DNA of 62,000 nucleotides, from positions 51,963,037 to 52,025,036 of the forward strand of contig NC_057719.1 of the NCBI RefSeq assembly GCF_004010195.1, in the 5' to 3' direction. Position 1 is the first letter of the stretch. Each line of letters opens with the position of its first letter. Below, piece by piece: positions 51,030-62,000 of this stretch. The stretch comes from Chiloscyllium plagiosum. Its lineage: Eukaryota. The position numbers were made by a program, and so were the translations under genes. The notes under the pieces are model-generated. The model saw only the letters and a program-made list of their open reading frames with translations, was not told the DNA's origin and did no database searches.

Positions 51030-52300
51030 CCGGCACCGATTGAAAACAAAGCTGTTTTCCATACTTTGGGGAATGTGGCTTTGGGAACAGAGGGGTTTCA
51101 AACTGACACACCTACGCATACCTTTTTGCACCTGGCCTACCAGACAGCCCATATAATGGGGCGAGACACCCACTGCTGGGTATGTGCCCACATGCCACCC
51201 CACTCAGGGTGGGGAGATGTGGAATCCCTTTGTGGCCCATACCTTTTTGCTGGCACAAAGTGGCTGAATGGCTACTGCGTCAAATCCTTTCTGGTGATCT
51301 TGCTAACAGCGATGACTCACAGGAATGGCAGTTGGCAGGGTATAACCTGACCTTATTCAGGGACTGATATCAACCTAATTACAACAAATCGCATAGACCT
51401 CCCCCACCCCCGCCTCTTGCCATTCTCAACAACACCATCGACTATACCATTTGTTTCAAGCAAGAAGGGAAACCCTCTAAAGGTACTTACGTGGGGACGA
51501 GTAAGTGCTGTTTTGCTATCCCTTGGGTTGAACTTATTCAGAATTTAACAGAACATAGCTACTTTGTATTGATTGGTCTGCTATCCCAAATAGAACCTCA
51601 GGCTGCCTCTGGAATAGCCCAGGTTGTGGGGGAGGTGAGGAGGGTGCAGTTTCCACCCTAACAGCTTAGAGTGGCACACATCTTATTTGCAGGTTGAACG
51701 CCTACCCCTGGCTTCCCTCCAATTGGAGGTGGTCGCATTACCTGGGGTGTTCTGTACCCCGCATTCACACTTTGGACAACTTATCCTCACCCCTGAGACC
51801 CAGAAGGTCCCTCAGCAGGTTTCTCATTTGGGCAGGAATGTTCTCTCCTCCAAAGGGAATATATTTCCATGCCCAAGAACTTAGCCAGTTCAGGACCATA
51901 TGGGAAAGGATTGCCAATGATATGGCTAGTGCCCTTACTGAAATTATTGCTAGTGCCCTTACTGAAATTAGGACTGTCGGGCCCTCCAGAATCATTTGGC
52001 CCTGGGCTTCCTACAAGGAGAGTGGTACCTGTGCTGTTGTTGGGGAGTAGTATTGCACCACATCCCTGATGAGTCCACTATTATCACCGACCTCTCAAAA
52101 CACATCACACAGGAAATCCAGACTCTCCAAACTATTAACAATGGTTTTAGCAATGGCACAGAGGAATGGCCACTAGGGGGCATTCTTGGAGAACTGGGAG
52201 GCCTGCTGCTACATACCAGACTTACCATACTAATTATAATCATTGTAGCACTCCGGTGCTTATGGCCATTGTTGTCCGAGTGTTTACGTTGTAGCCTCTG
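51030..52300 (+). pseudogene. env: ERV env remnant (gamma-type)
   Basis: HTFLHLAYQTA...CWVCAHMP (CXXC), furin site RPRR, ISD-like LQNHLAL, degenerate CX6CC (TCAVVGE*YC), hydrophobic TM LTILIIIIVAL; 24-bp in-frame duplication at 51925-51970. Confidence 0.88.
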
Positions 52301-52328
52301 AGGGAACCTGGTTGATCATCGAATGATC

Positions 52329-52340
52329 AATAGGAGGGAA
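52329..52340 (+). promoter_or_regulatory. Polypurine tract
   Basis: AATAGGAGGGAA immediately before the TG of the 3' LTR. Confidence 0.85.
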
Positions 52341-53068
52341 TGAGGAAGATAGAAAGCCATAAAAGAATAAGTTCCATTTTTATTTCTCTATCAGGACATA
52401 TTGGGAACTCAAGGGTTAAACATTCCACAGCTAAAAGGACTCACTGCAATATCGATTGCATGCCTGTCCTCTTACAGAATGAGACGGGACATCACAGCAG
52501 GAGGGCTGGCTGAGTCACAGAGAACAGAATCCTCTGGAGCCAAACATGTGAATTTCACTTGCAGCCTCAGGCAAAGGTGTTTGTCCTCCCTGGACAAACC
52601 TGATAGCCTTGGCCATAACCTTATTAACTGCCTCCTGTTCCCAGTATCATGCTTCCCCTGCCTATTAACATGGGCATGTGAACCCAACAATGAGAACAAA
52701 GCAAAGTCCTTCTGTCTAAATCTCTATCCATCAACGCATGGTTATGAAGAATATGATAAGCAGTCCCTGTAAACCATTCGCTAGTTATCACAGGAAATCA
52801 GCAATCACTGGGCATTGTAAAATTGTAATTACCGGTCTTAAACAATGTAATGGCAGTCACCCATGTGACTTGTTGACCTCCATATTATTTCTATAAAATA
52901 TCCTGCCTTCATGTGTAGAGCAGAGGTTCATTGAGAAGTGCCACCAAATGTAGGCTACATGACTCCTTTGGGGTCACTGAGAATCTCTCGCTGGCTGTCT
53001 GATAATAAAGCCTCTACTGTTGTATTGAAACTGGTGTCGTCTGGATTTGTGGAAAAAATACTTCAGCC
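52341..53068 (+). repeat. ERV 3' LTR
   Basis: Direct repeat of 45617-46343; terminal CA mutated to CC; AATAAA 53004-53009. Confidence 0.95.
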
Positions 53069-53150
53069 TTATGGCTCGTTTGAACAGGGTCTTGACACAG
53101 CTCTGTTTGTGGGCGTTGGGGTGGTTACTGTTGTAACCGTGGATTTGTTG
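53069..53150 (-). mobile_element. Penelope element, upstream piece split off by the ERV
   Basis: YNSNHPNAHKQSCVKTLFKRA; rejoins in frame to ITHCNST at 45616 when the provirus and one TTAT are removed. Confidence 0.9.
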
Positions 53151-55039
53151 AGAATATGATCTCAAATAAATTCAAACCATAGACCATTACTTTCCTTACT
53201 TACTGTGAATTCTATAGTAAAAGAAAACAAGTGGAGAGTAATGAATAATCCAGAAGGGATTTACATTAAAATATACTTTTCCCACAAGGTTATAATAATG
53301 TGCACCCATTTACTGTAATGCTGAAATTACCTTTGTTTATGTCTCAAATAACATCCTGTCTGTCAGTCATTTCATTACGTTATTTTTCTTCCTTCTTTTC
53401 CATCTTTTTGTACACTTTTTAACATTGTTAACTATAGCATCATCTTTCAGTATCTCACTCCCACTGGACAGCTAAGAGAGGTTGTCTCTCCTGGCTCCAT
53501 TCTGATCGATGCCAGAGGATTATCTGTTACTGAGTTGCCAGGGTAGATTTTGAGGAACTTTTTTTTCTGCTCTGGGAATTACAAGCAAGAATATAAGTGA
53601 CCTGGACTTTGTGGTGGTAATTATGATGACATTGTCAGGGTTTGCCATTTGGACTTCACTGAAACTGACAGTGACTTTGAGGGTCTGTATGTGGACACAT
53701 TAATGTGAAACTTGAGAAATTATTGTCAGTAGATGCGCTACTGAGGCCCTTTCCATCTGCAGTCACTAATCACTCAATGAATTGAGTAAAATGTACATTT
53801 CTTACACTGTGAGTCTTGTAGTAAAGATCCTTGAAAAGGTTATACATTGTTAAATGATATGTAACTAGATTTTTTAAAAGATGTACTGAATACATAATTA
53901 CTGCTAAACACCTACACTGATGTCAAAAGGCTAATTTTTAGTTAATGGAGTGTCAAATTTCTCGGTTATGATAAAAGTTCAATCCAATTCTAAAACACTG
54001 TTTAAAATTCATTATTCTTTTAGGTTTTATCTTTATCTAACTATAATCCATTATTTCACTTCCTGAAAATTTAATTTACAAGGGATTCAGTGCTTTTAAT
54101 TACATGGCTTGCTGTCAGTGAGAATACTTCAATGTGATTGGCCATTTACTTGTTGTTCACATCACTCTGCTGGGTACCTGGAGATCCCTTTTACTTGCCA
54201 CAAAATGAAAACTTGTCATCAGGAAAGCAATAAGCATACTATGGAGAACTAATTAATTCTGGGCAGTTTCCTTCAAGGTTAATGACACACATCAATACTC
54301 TGACTGCACACTCCAACTCTGTCTAATCAGAGTTAGGCTACTCGGGTATGAAAGCAGTCTATACTATCTCATACATTCTTCCTAATAGGCTCAGACTAAA
54401 TGGTTTTCATTCCAGGCTTTATTAGAAGAAGTTGAAAGTCTTACAAAAACTTACAAAGTTTCCTACAATTGAGTCTTATTGCCTTAGATTGGAAAAATGT
54501 CCATTATTTAAGAAAGGTGAGAGGGATACCAGAGTATTATAAAATAGTTAGTCTAACAACTATTGATGGGAAATTATCCTTTGTAGTTGATCTTTACCAG
54601 TAGAGTGACTGAAATTCTTCAGTGATGAGAAAGAACTAACAAGGATTTGGCCAATTGAGCTGACTGCCACGTTCCCCCTGTCTCATCTGCAGTTGCAGAA
54701 TGTAAGGGGTGAAAAGTTCATGCCTCAGCTACATGCAGGGATACTGTGAAGAGTTTTGTGTGCCAAAATGAGTAAGAATATGGAGGGAATACTTAACAGA
54801 GAGAAACCTGGACTCAAAGGGTTACGTTTCAAGGTATCCTCATACAAATTAATTTTGTACTGCCTGGAATTTAGAAGGCTACAAGTTGTTTTGACTAAAG
54901 CTTTTGAGGTATTGTAGTTTAATAGAATTTTTCATTAGGATGGAGAGCGATGTAATTGGTTTTGAGACGAGTGGCCTCAATTGAAATAGAGAAAACTACT
55001 ATGGTATGAAGTGCTAGCTAGCTATAACTAAATGAGGAA

Positions 55040-55270
55040 ATTTTATGATTTACATATGGAAGAAGTGAAACTAACATGGTCATTCTAACAGATGAGAGCC
55101 TTAACAAACAATCAATGCATAATTTCAGTTACATCACACTGCAAACTTTTGCTATAATTTCTGTGTCTTACAATCATGTACTCCACAACCACCTGATGAA
55201 GGAGCAGCGCTCCGAAAGCTAGTGCTTCCAATTAAACCTGTTGGATTATAACCTGGAGCTGTGTGATTTT
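55040..55270 (+). mobile_element. Penelope terminus (family B) with intact-looking hammerhead core
   Basis: 15-bp TSD TAACTAAATGAGGAA (55025-55039 / 55271-55285); CTGATGA(55193-55199)-AGGAGC-AGC-GCTCC-GAAA(55214-55217)-GCTA-GTG. Confidence 0.85.
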
Positions 55271-55285
55271 TAACTAAATGAGGAA

Positions 55286-56790
55286 CATTGCCAAAATGAA
55301 TGATGGTGGATAGACAATGGCCAGCATTTAAAGGCTGCATGGGAGATGAGATCTAAGGAAAGGGGGATATAAATTAGACAAAAAAAGCAGCAGGCCTGAG
55401 GATTGGAAGCAACTTAATTTACCCCAACAGATAAATAGATCTTTGTCCTCCTTTATTGAAATCCAAAGTGTGAGAGTAAATTTGCTGGGAATGTAGGCAC
55501 TTTTATAATCAGCTTCTATAAGTATTTAAAAAGAAACAGTTAGTGAAAACTAATGAAGCTCGCTTCCAATCAGAAACAGAACTTGGCGGGAATAACGATA
55601 TAGCTGAGTGTCTAATATCCAAAATATGTATATTTGATTCTACTTTCACAAATAGGTGCACAAATGAGAGGGAGGAACTGAAGGAAATCAGTGCTATTTG
55701 AAAAGGGTACTAGTAAAGTTGATGGGATTAAAAACTGATGAATCCCCAGCATCTGATTATTTATATCCCAGAGTAATCAAGGAAGTAGCCATAAAAATAA
55801 TGGATGGGTTGGTGGTCCCCATTCAAGATTTGATAAACTCTGGAACAGTCTCCATGGATTGGAGATTAGCTAATGTAACCTCACTATTTAGAAAAAGGAG
55901 GTCAAGAGAAATTAGGAAATTATGGGCCAGTTCGCCTGATGTCGGCAGCAGGGAAAATGCTAGGGTCCATGATAAAAGAGTTAATAGCAGAGCAGTTAAT
56001 AGCACTTGAAAACAGTGACAGGATTAGACAAAGTTAACTTGGATTTGAAAAGGAGAATCATGCTTGACACACTTATTGGAAATCTTTGAGGATGTTATTG
56101 GTAGAATTGATAAGGGGGGGGGGGAAGACAGTGGATTTAGTATTACTTGGACTTTCAGAAGGCTTTTAATAAGGTTCAACATAACAGATTAGCATGTAAT
56201 ATTAAAGCGCATGGATAAATGCATGGCAGATGAAGTGTAAAGTGGGTAAGTGAGAGGCTGTCAAGAGTGTTGTGCTGGAAAAGCACAGCAAATCAGGCAG
56301 CATCCGAGGAGCAGGAAAATCAACGTTTCGGGCACGAGCCCTTTATCAGAAAGTGCTGAAGCTCTTCCCTGCTGTGCTTTTCCAGCACCACACTCTTGAG
56401 TCTGATCTCCAGCATCTGCAGTCCACACTTTCTCCGGAAAGACAGAGACATCAGTCACTGAAAGGAAGCATGCTTGTGTAGCAGACAGTGAAGAAAGTAA
56501 ATGGCACTTTGGCTTTCACAGCACGAGGATTTGTATACAGGAGCAGAGATGTCTTGCAGTAATTGTGCAGAGCCTAGGTGAGATTGTACCTGAAGTATTG
56601 TGTGCAAGTAAATGCAGAAAAGTGGTTGAGGCCACTTCAAGAAGGAGTTATATGTTATTCTTTGGGCTAAAGGAATCAAAGAGTATGGGAAGAAAGCATG
56701 AACAGGTTGCTGAATTGGAAAGTCAATCGTGATCACGTTGAATGGAGGAACAGGCTCAAAAGGCTGTATGGCCTACTCCAACTCTTATTT
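55286..56790 (+). mobile_element. Degraded, internally deleted CR1 ORF2 + 3' end, with Penelope-terminus hairpin at ~56262-56436
   Basis: LMGLKTDESPASDYLYPRVIKE...DWRLANVTSLFRK; the insert has inverted arms CAAGAGTGTTGTGCTGGAAAAGCACAGCA / TGCTGTGCTTTTCCAGCACCACACTCTTG. Confidence 0.82.
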
Positions 56791-58914
56791 GAAAACCCAT
56801 AGAGTAAACATAAATATATTCCTCTGCTAGATGGGAACTCTAGAACATTAAAAAGGCCTGGCTCTAATTTTTCTCGGAAACACATCAGTACACAAAGGGC
56901 TATAATTTGAAACTTGCTTCAATAAATAACAATTGATTCTAGATTGTTGATTTTAAGTTGGAGATAAGCTAACAAAAATTCAACAAAGGTATTCAGGCAT
57001 TTGAGGTCAAGATGAGCATAGGGAATTAGATGACAGGTAAGCTATGATCCTATTGAATAGTAGAGCGTGCCAGAGAGGCTAAATGACTTGCCAGTTCCTA
57101 ATTTCCTGTCTTCCTAGCTCTTGATGACAAACATTTCACTGCTTGTCATGACCATGTGTCCACCACATGGTCAGTGAATTTTAGATTAATTTAGTTTAGT
57201 TACTTTAGTTTGTAATGATTCAAGTTGAAGCAAACTAGCCATCAAGCTTTTATTTAGCAAGTAAGATTTGTTTATCACTGATTGTTATTGAAGGTTCCTT
57301 AACAATAACAAAGAAATTACACATAACAAAATTAAAATAAGTACAGTAAGACAAAAGTATACTTGTAAGACAAAAACCCCAATTAATCTCTTTTATAACA
57401 TGGGACCAATTTCTTTCCAGAAATGCATGCAGATCTGCACTCCTTCTACCTTAGTAGTTAACATCGACGATAAGGCAAGATGAGGTTGAGGGACCTTGAC
57501 CTCACTCCAGGTGGCCCCCATTCTCAGCGAGACAACGTAGTGTCACCAGGCTCTCAATGGTGGAGGACCCACATACATGCCCCTCCAGATGTCTCCTCTC
57601 AGGACACTCCAGATATGCCAGACCCTTACACCTTCATTCTACCTGTGATCCCTAACCCTGTCGACATTGCAGCTGAGGAGGGTAAGCCTGCATCTGCATC
57701 GAGGTAACAATGCTTCCAGGGTCATCCACCCAAACCTTCAGGTCAACAGGATTCCTTATTGATCAGGCTCCCTGCAATCTACCTGTGGATGCTGGGACTG
57801 CAGTTAGACAGTCTGAGATGAAGGATTATAAAACAAAATTGCCGGCACTTGGCTGGCACTTTATTATAAATACACTTTCACAACTGTAAATATATATGCA
57901 CTTTCTACCATCATATATCTGATCGATTGTCATTTTAGATGTGGAATCTGGTTATGTGGCTACCATGTCAAATTAAGCAGTCTCTTCAAATATCTCAAAG
58001 AAGTTACACTGGTGAGGCATTGTTCATGTCTGCAAAGCATCCTAGATAGCAGCAGATTATTGATGTCCCTTAACCCTTACAGTCATAAGTGCAATGAAAA
58101 CTTAATAGTAGTGTTTGTTTTTGATAAGATTACTGAGGCCAAAATTAATATGACGTTCCTTAAATGGGTCCTTGGGGAAGGTGTGTGTGTGTGTTTTCAC
58201 TTCTCTAGTGCCAAGCTTAGACTCAACTACTACTCAAACTTGGCTTTACAGTGCAGTAATATACACCCCGCCTATGGACCAAGGGAAAATTAAAACTTAT
58301 TCCATGTGCTGTGAATGTGCTGGAGGCCAGTTTTCTTTCTTGTTGTGCAGTTGATGTTTGTTCAAAAATCGCACGCTTCCAGGTCAGGCTCCTGAGAGTG
58401 ATCTCTGGTGTCTGTTGGGTCGTCAAAATTCACCCTTCACATTTGTCATGTACCCTTTTGTGTTGCTGTCTCTGTCAACCCAATCGGTTTTCAGGATCTC
58501 GACACCCCAATCCAAACCCACACTTTAATAGTCAATATCCATAATTTGCTTCCTTGGCCCTTGGCTTACCTCATTGCCTTGCCCCTTATTGCTATTCATT
58601 GTTGGGCCATTGAAACTCGGGCTGTGAAGACTTGTGAAAACCCCTCTCCTACAGTTCCTCGTACCTTCGCATGCTATGTGAAAGATTCAGATTATTGTGA
58701 CCACTGCAATCATATAGTTCTGTGGCTTGTTTCTCTACTATCTTGAATACCTTGATCCTCTCTGTCTTTGTGATATCCTCGAACTCTATGACCGTCCATG
58801 AGCTCTGCATTTATCTCATACTGACCTGATATGAATTTCCAATTTTCATCACTTCACCTGTGCCTGGGTCTAAGTTCCACAATTCCCTTTCCAAGCATGT
58901 CCATCTGTAGAATG

Positions 58915-61620
58915 GCAACAGAGATGCTGTTGGAGGGAGGGATTCAGATACCTGGATAATTGGGTTGGTGGGACCTCTATAAATGGGATGGTCTACACCA
59001 ATGCTCTTCGGGAAGGTTTAAACTAATTCAGCAGGGGGCTGGGAACCAGAATTGTAGCTTCAGTGTTCAGGAAGTTGAGAGTAGTGAGGTCATGAATAAA
59101 GTTTCAAGGTCGCAGGAGTGTACCGGCAGGTGGGAAGATGGTTTGAATTGTGTCTACTTCAACATGAGGAGCATCCGGAATAAGGTGGGTGAACTTGCAG
59201 CATGGGTTGGTAACTGGGACTTCGATGTTATGGCCATTTCAGGGACATGGATAGAGCAGGAATGGTTGTTGCAGGTTCTAGGCGTTAGATGTTTCAGTAA
59301 GAAAAGGGAAGATGTAAAAGAGGGGAAAGTGTGGCATTGTTAGTCAAGGATAATATTATGGTGACAGAAAGAACATTTGATGAGGACTTGTCTACTGAGG
59401 TAGTATAGGCTGAGGTTAGAAACAGGAAAGGAGAGGTCACCCTGTTGGGAGTTTTCTATAGGCCTCCGAAAAGTTCCAGAGATGTAGAGGAAAGGATTGC
59501 AAAGATGATTCTGGATAGGAACAAAAGTAACATGGTAGTTATTATGGGGTACTATAATTTTCCTAATATTGTCTGGAAACGCTATAGTTCGACTACCTTA
59601 GATAGGTCAGTTTTTGTCCAATGTGTGCAGGAGGATTTCCTGGCACAGTATGCAGATAGGCCAACAAGAGGCGAGGCCACATTAGGTTTGATATTGAGTA
59701 ATGAACTAGACAAGGGGTTAGATTTGGAGGTAGGTGAATGCTTTGGTGAGAGTGACAAAAATTCGGTTAAGTTTACTTTAGTGATGGAAAGGGATAGGCA
59801 TACACTGCAAGGCAAGAGCTATAGCTGGGAGAAAGGCGATTATAATGTGATTAGACAAGGTTTAGGTTTCATAGCATGGGAAAGGAAACTGCAGTGGATG
59901 GGCACAATTGAAATGTGGAGCTTATTCAAGGACCAGCTACTGTGCGCCCTTGATAAGCATGTACCAGTCAGGCAGGGAAGAAGTGGTTGAGTGCAGGAGC
60001 CGTGATTTACTAAGGAAGTTGAATCTCTTGTCAAGAGGAAGAAGGAGGTTTATGTAAAAATGAGACATGAAGGCTCAGTTAGGATGCTTGAGTGTGACAA
60101 GTTAGCCAGGAAGGACCTAAAGAGAGAGCTAAGAAAAGCCAGAGGGGACATGAGAAGTCTTTAGATTAGATTAGATTAGATTTCCTACAGTGTGGAAACA
60201 GGCCTTTCAGCCCAACAAGTCCACACCGACCCTCTGAAGAATAACCCACCCAGAACCATTTCCCTCTAACTAATGCACCTAACACTATGGGCAATTTAGC
60301 ATGGCCAATTCACCTGACTTGCACATCTTTGGATTATGCGGGGAAACCAGAGCACCTGGAGGAAACCCACACAGACATGGCAAGTAGGATCAAGGATAAG
60401 TCTAAAGCTTTCTGTAGGTATGTCAGGAAGATCAGGAATGACTAGGGTAAGATTAGGGCCTGTCAAGGACAGTAGTGTGAAGTTGTGTGTGGAGTCTGAA
60501 GAAATAGGAGAGGTGCTAAATGGATATTTTGGGTCAGTATTCACACTGAAAAAGACTGAGAGAGATTTAATGGTTTGGATCAGAAATTGGCGAACTGAAA
60601 GAAGATAGAGGGTGGTGATTGATGGGAAATGTTACTAGTGGTGCAACGCAAGGATCTGTTTTGGGGCCACTGCTGTTTGTTATTTTTGTAAATGACCTGG
60701 ATGAGGGCGTAGAAGGATGGGTTAGTACATTTGCAGATGAGACTAAAGTCATTGGAGTTATGGACAATGCAGAAGCATGTTGCAGGTTACAGAGGGACAT
60801 AGATAGGCTGCAGAGCTGGGCTGAGAGGTGGCAAATGGAGTTTAATACAGAAAAGTGTGAGATGATTCACTTTGGAAGGAGTAAAAGGAATACAGAGTAG
60901 TGGACTCATGGTAAGATTCTTGGTAGTGTGGATGAGCAGAGAGATCTTGGTGTCCATGTGCATTGATCCCTAAAAGTTGCTACCCAGGTTGATAGGGTTG
61001 TTAAGAAGGTGTGCAGTGTGTTTGCTTTTATTGGTAGAGGTTTGAGTTTCGGAGATATGAGGTCATGTTGCAGCTGTACAATACTCTGGTGCGGCCACAC
61101 TTGGAGTATTGCGTATAGTTTTGGTTGCTGCATTATAGGAAGGATGTGGAAGCATTGGAAAGAATGCAGTGGAGATTTACCATGATGTTGCTTGGTATGG
61201 AGGAAGGTCTTATGATGAAAGGCTGATGGACTTGAGACTGTTTTTGTTAGAGAGAAGAAGGTTGAGAGGTGACTTAATAGAGACATATAAGATAATCGGG
61301 GGTTAGATAGGGTGAACAGTGAGAGTCTTTTTCCTCTAATGGTGATGGCTAGCACAAGGGGACATGGCTTTAAATTGAGGGTTGATAGATATAGGACAGA
61401 TGTCAGAGGTAGGTTCTTTACTCAGAGAGTAGTAAAGGTGTGGAATGCCCTGCCTACAACAGTAGCAGCCTTGCTAACTTTAAGGGCACTTAAATGATCA
61501 TTGGATAAATATTTGGATGATAATGGAATAGTGTAAGTTAGATGAGCTTCAGATCGGTTTAACAGGTTAGTGCAACATTGAGGGCTGAAGGGCCTGTGCT
61601 GCGCTGTCTTGTTCTGTGTT
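58915..61620 (+). mobile_element. Long CR1 copy: ORF1 esterase-like remnant, APE endonuclease, internal deletion, RT C-terminus, 3' UTR
   Basis: LYKWDGLH; CVYFNMRSIRNK; GVFYRPP...MGYYNFP; PTRGEATLGLILSN; SGATQGSVLGPLLFVIFVNDL, FADETK; the sequence jumps at ~60555, skipping the RT N-terminal half. Confidence 0.93.
60161..60379 (-). mobile_element. 5'-truncated V-SINE inserted in CR1
   Basis: TTAGA tail repeats and the reverse complement of the V-core. Confidence 0.88.
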
Positions 61621-61623
61621 CTG

Positions 61624-61646
61624 TCTCTCTCTCTCTCTCTCTCTCC
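61624..61646. repeat. (TC)n microsatellite at CR1 tail
   Basis: Direct dinucleotide run. Confidence 0.9.
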
Positions 61647-62000
61647 TCCCTTCATGCCTCTTCAAATTTACCTCAGTCCTAATATCTCTTCATATGGATG
61701 TGTCAAATTTTGTTTAATAAAATTGTTGGGTAACACCTTGATTTTTTTTTAACTGCATTATATAGATGTTGTTGGAATGAGAAAAAGCCCTCTGGCACAT
61801 TGTCCAAATGATTTTTCTTCACATGTAAATTTACAAAGTGCAAATTGGCAGATTATTCAACGATGATTGCTATTTTAACTACTGTAATCCTGTTCTCATC
61901 ACATAACTATTTGATTCTACTTCTGCAACATTTTGTCTTTTTGCTATTCTATTAATTACGACTCAATATCAATTAGTGTAAGAGTAGGTAGAAGATGCTT

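Larger units (their letters stand above)
45617..53068 (+). mobile_element. Defective class-I (gamma/epsilon-like) endogenous retrovirus provirus
   Basis: Paired LTRs, PBS-His, PPT, gag/pol/env remnants, TSD TTAT (45613-45616 / 53069-53072). Confidence 0.95.

Noticed and set aside
59445..59990. 181-aa ORF as a host gene
   Set aside because: It is the CR1 endonuclease region with degenerate catalytic motifs and flanking stops.

Overview
AT-rich, CpG-depleted vertebrate genomic DNA. HE1/V-SINEs, abundant CR1 LINEs and Penelope elements point to a cartilaginous fish (shark); this is an inference from repeat content. No intact protein-coding gene is evident, and most listed ORFs are decayed transposon fragments. 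Main contents: (1) a defective ~7.45-kb class-I (gamma/epsilon-like) endogenous retrovirus (45617-53068) with two ~727-bp LTRs, a tRNA-His PBS, a PPT and a 4-bp TSD. It lacks PR/RT, carries a 1.1-kb foreign AT-rich insert, and sits inside a Penelope element. (2) At least ten Penelope-derived termini carrying minimal hammerhead-ribozyme cores, several forming long hairpins with 8-16-bp TSDs; one has captured nearby DNA in its loop. (3) A mini Gypsy element with a 5-bp TSD, and a Copia-order relic. (4) Between the repeats on the minus strand, a decayed host gene with a recognisable Mab-21/cGAS-like receptor domain (~21350-22282) and upstream death-domain- and DED-like segments, i.e. a candidate fossil of a death-fold-fused cGLR innate-immune sensor. 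All protein-family calls were made by eye and need HMM confirmation; repeat boundaries without TSDs are approximate.
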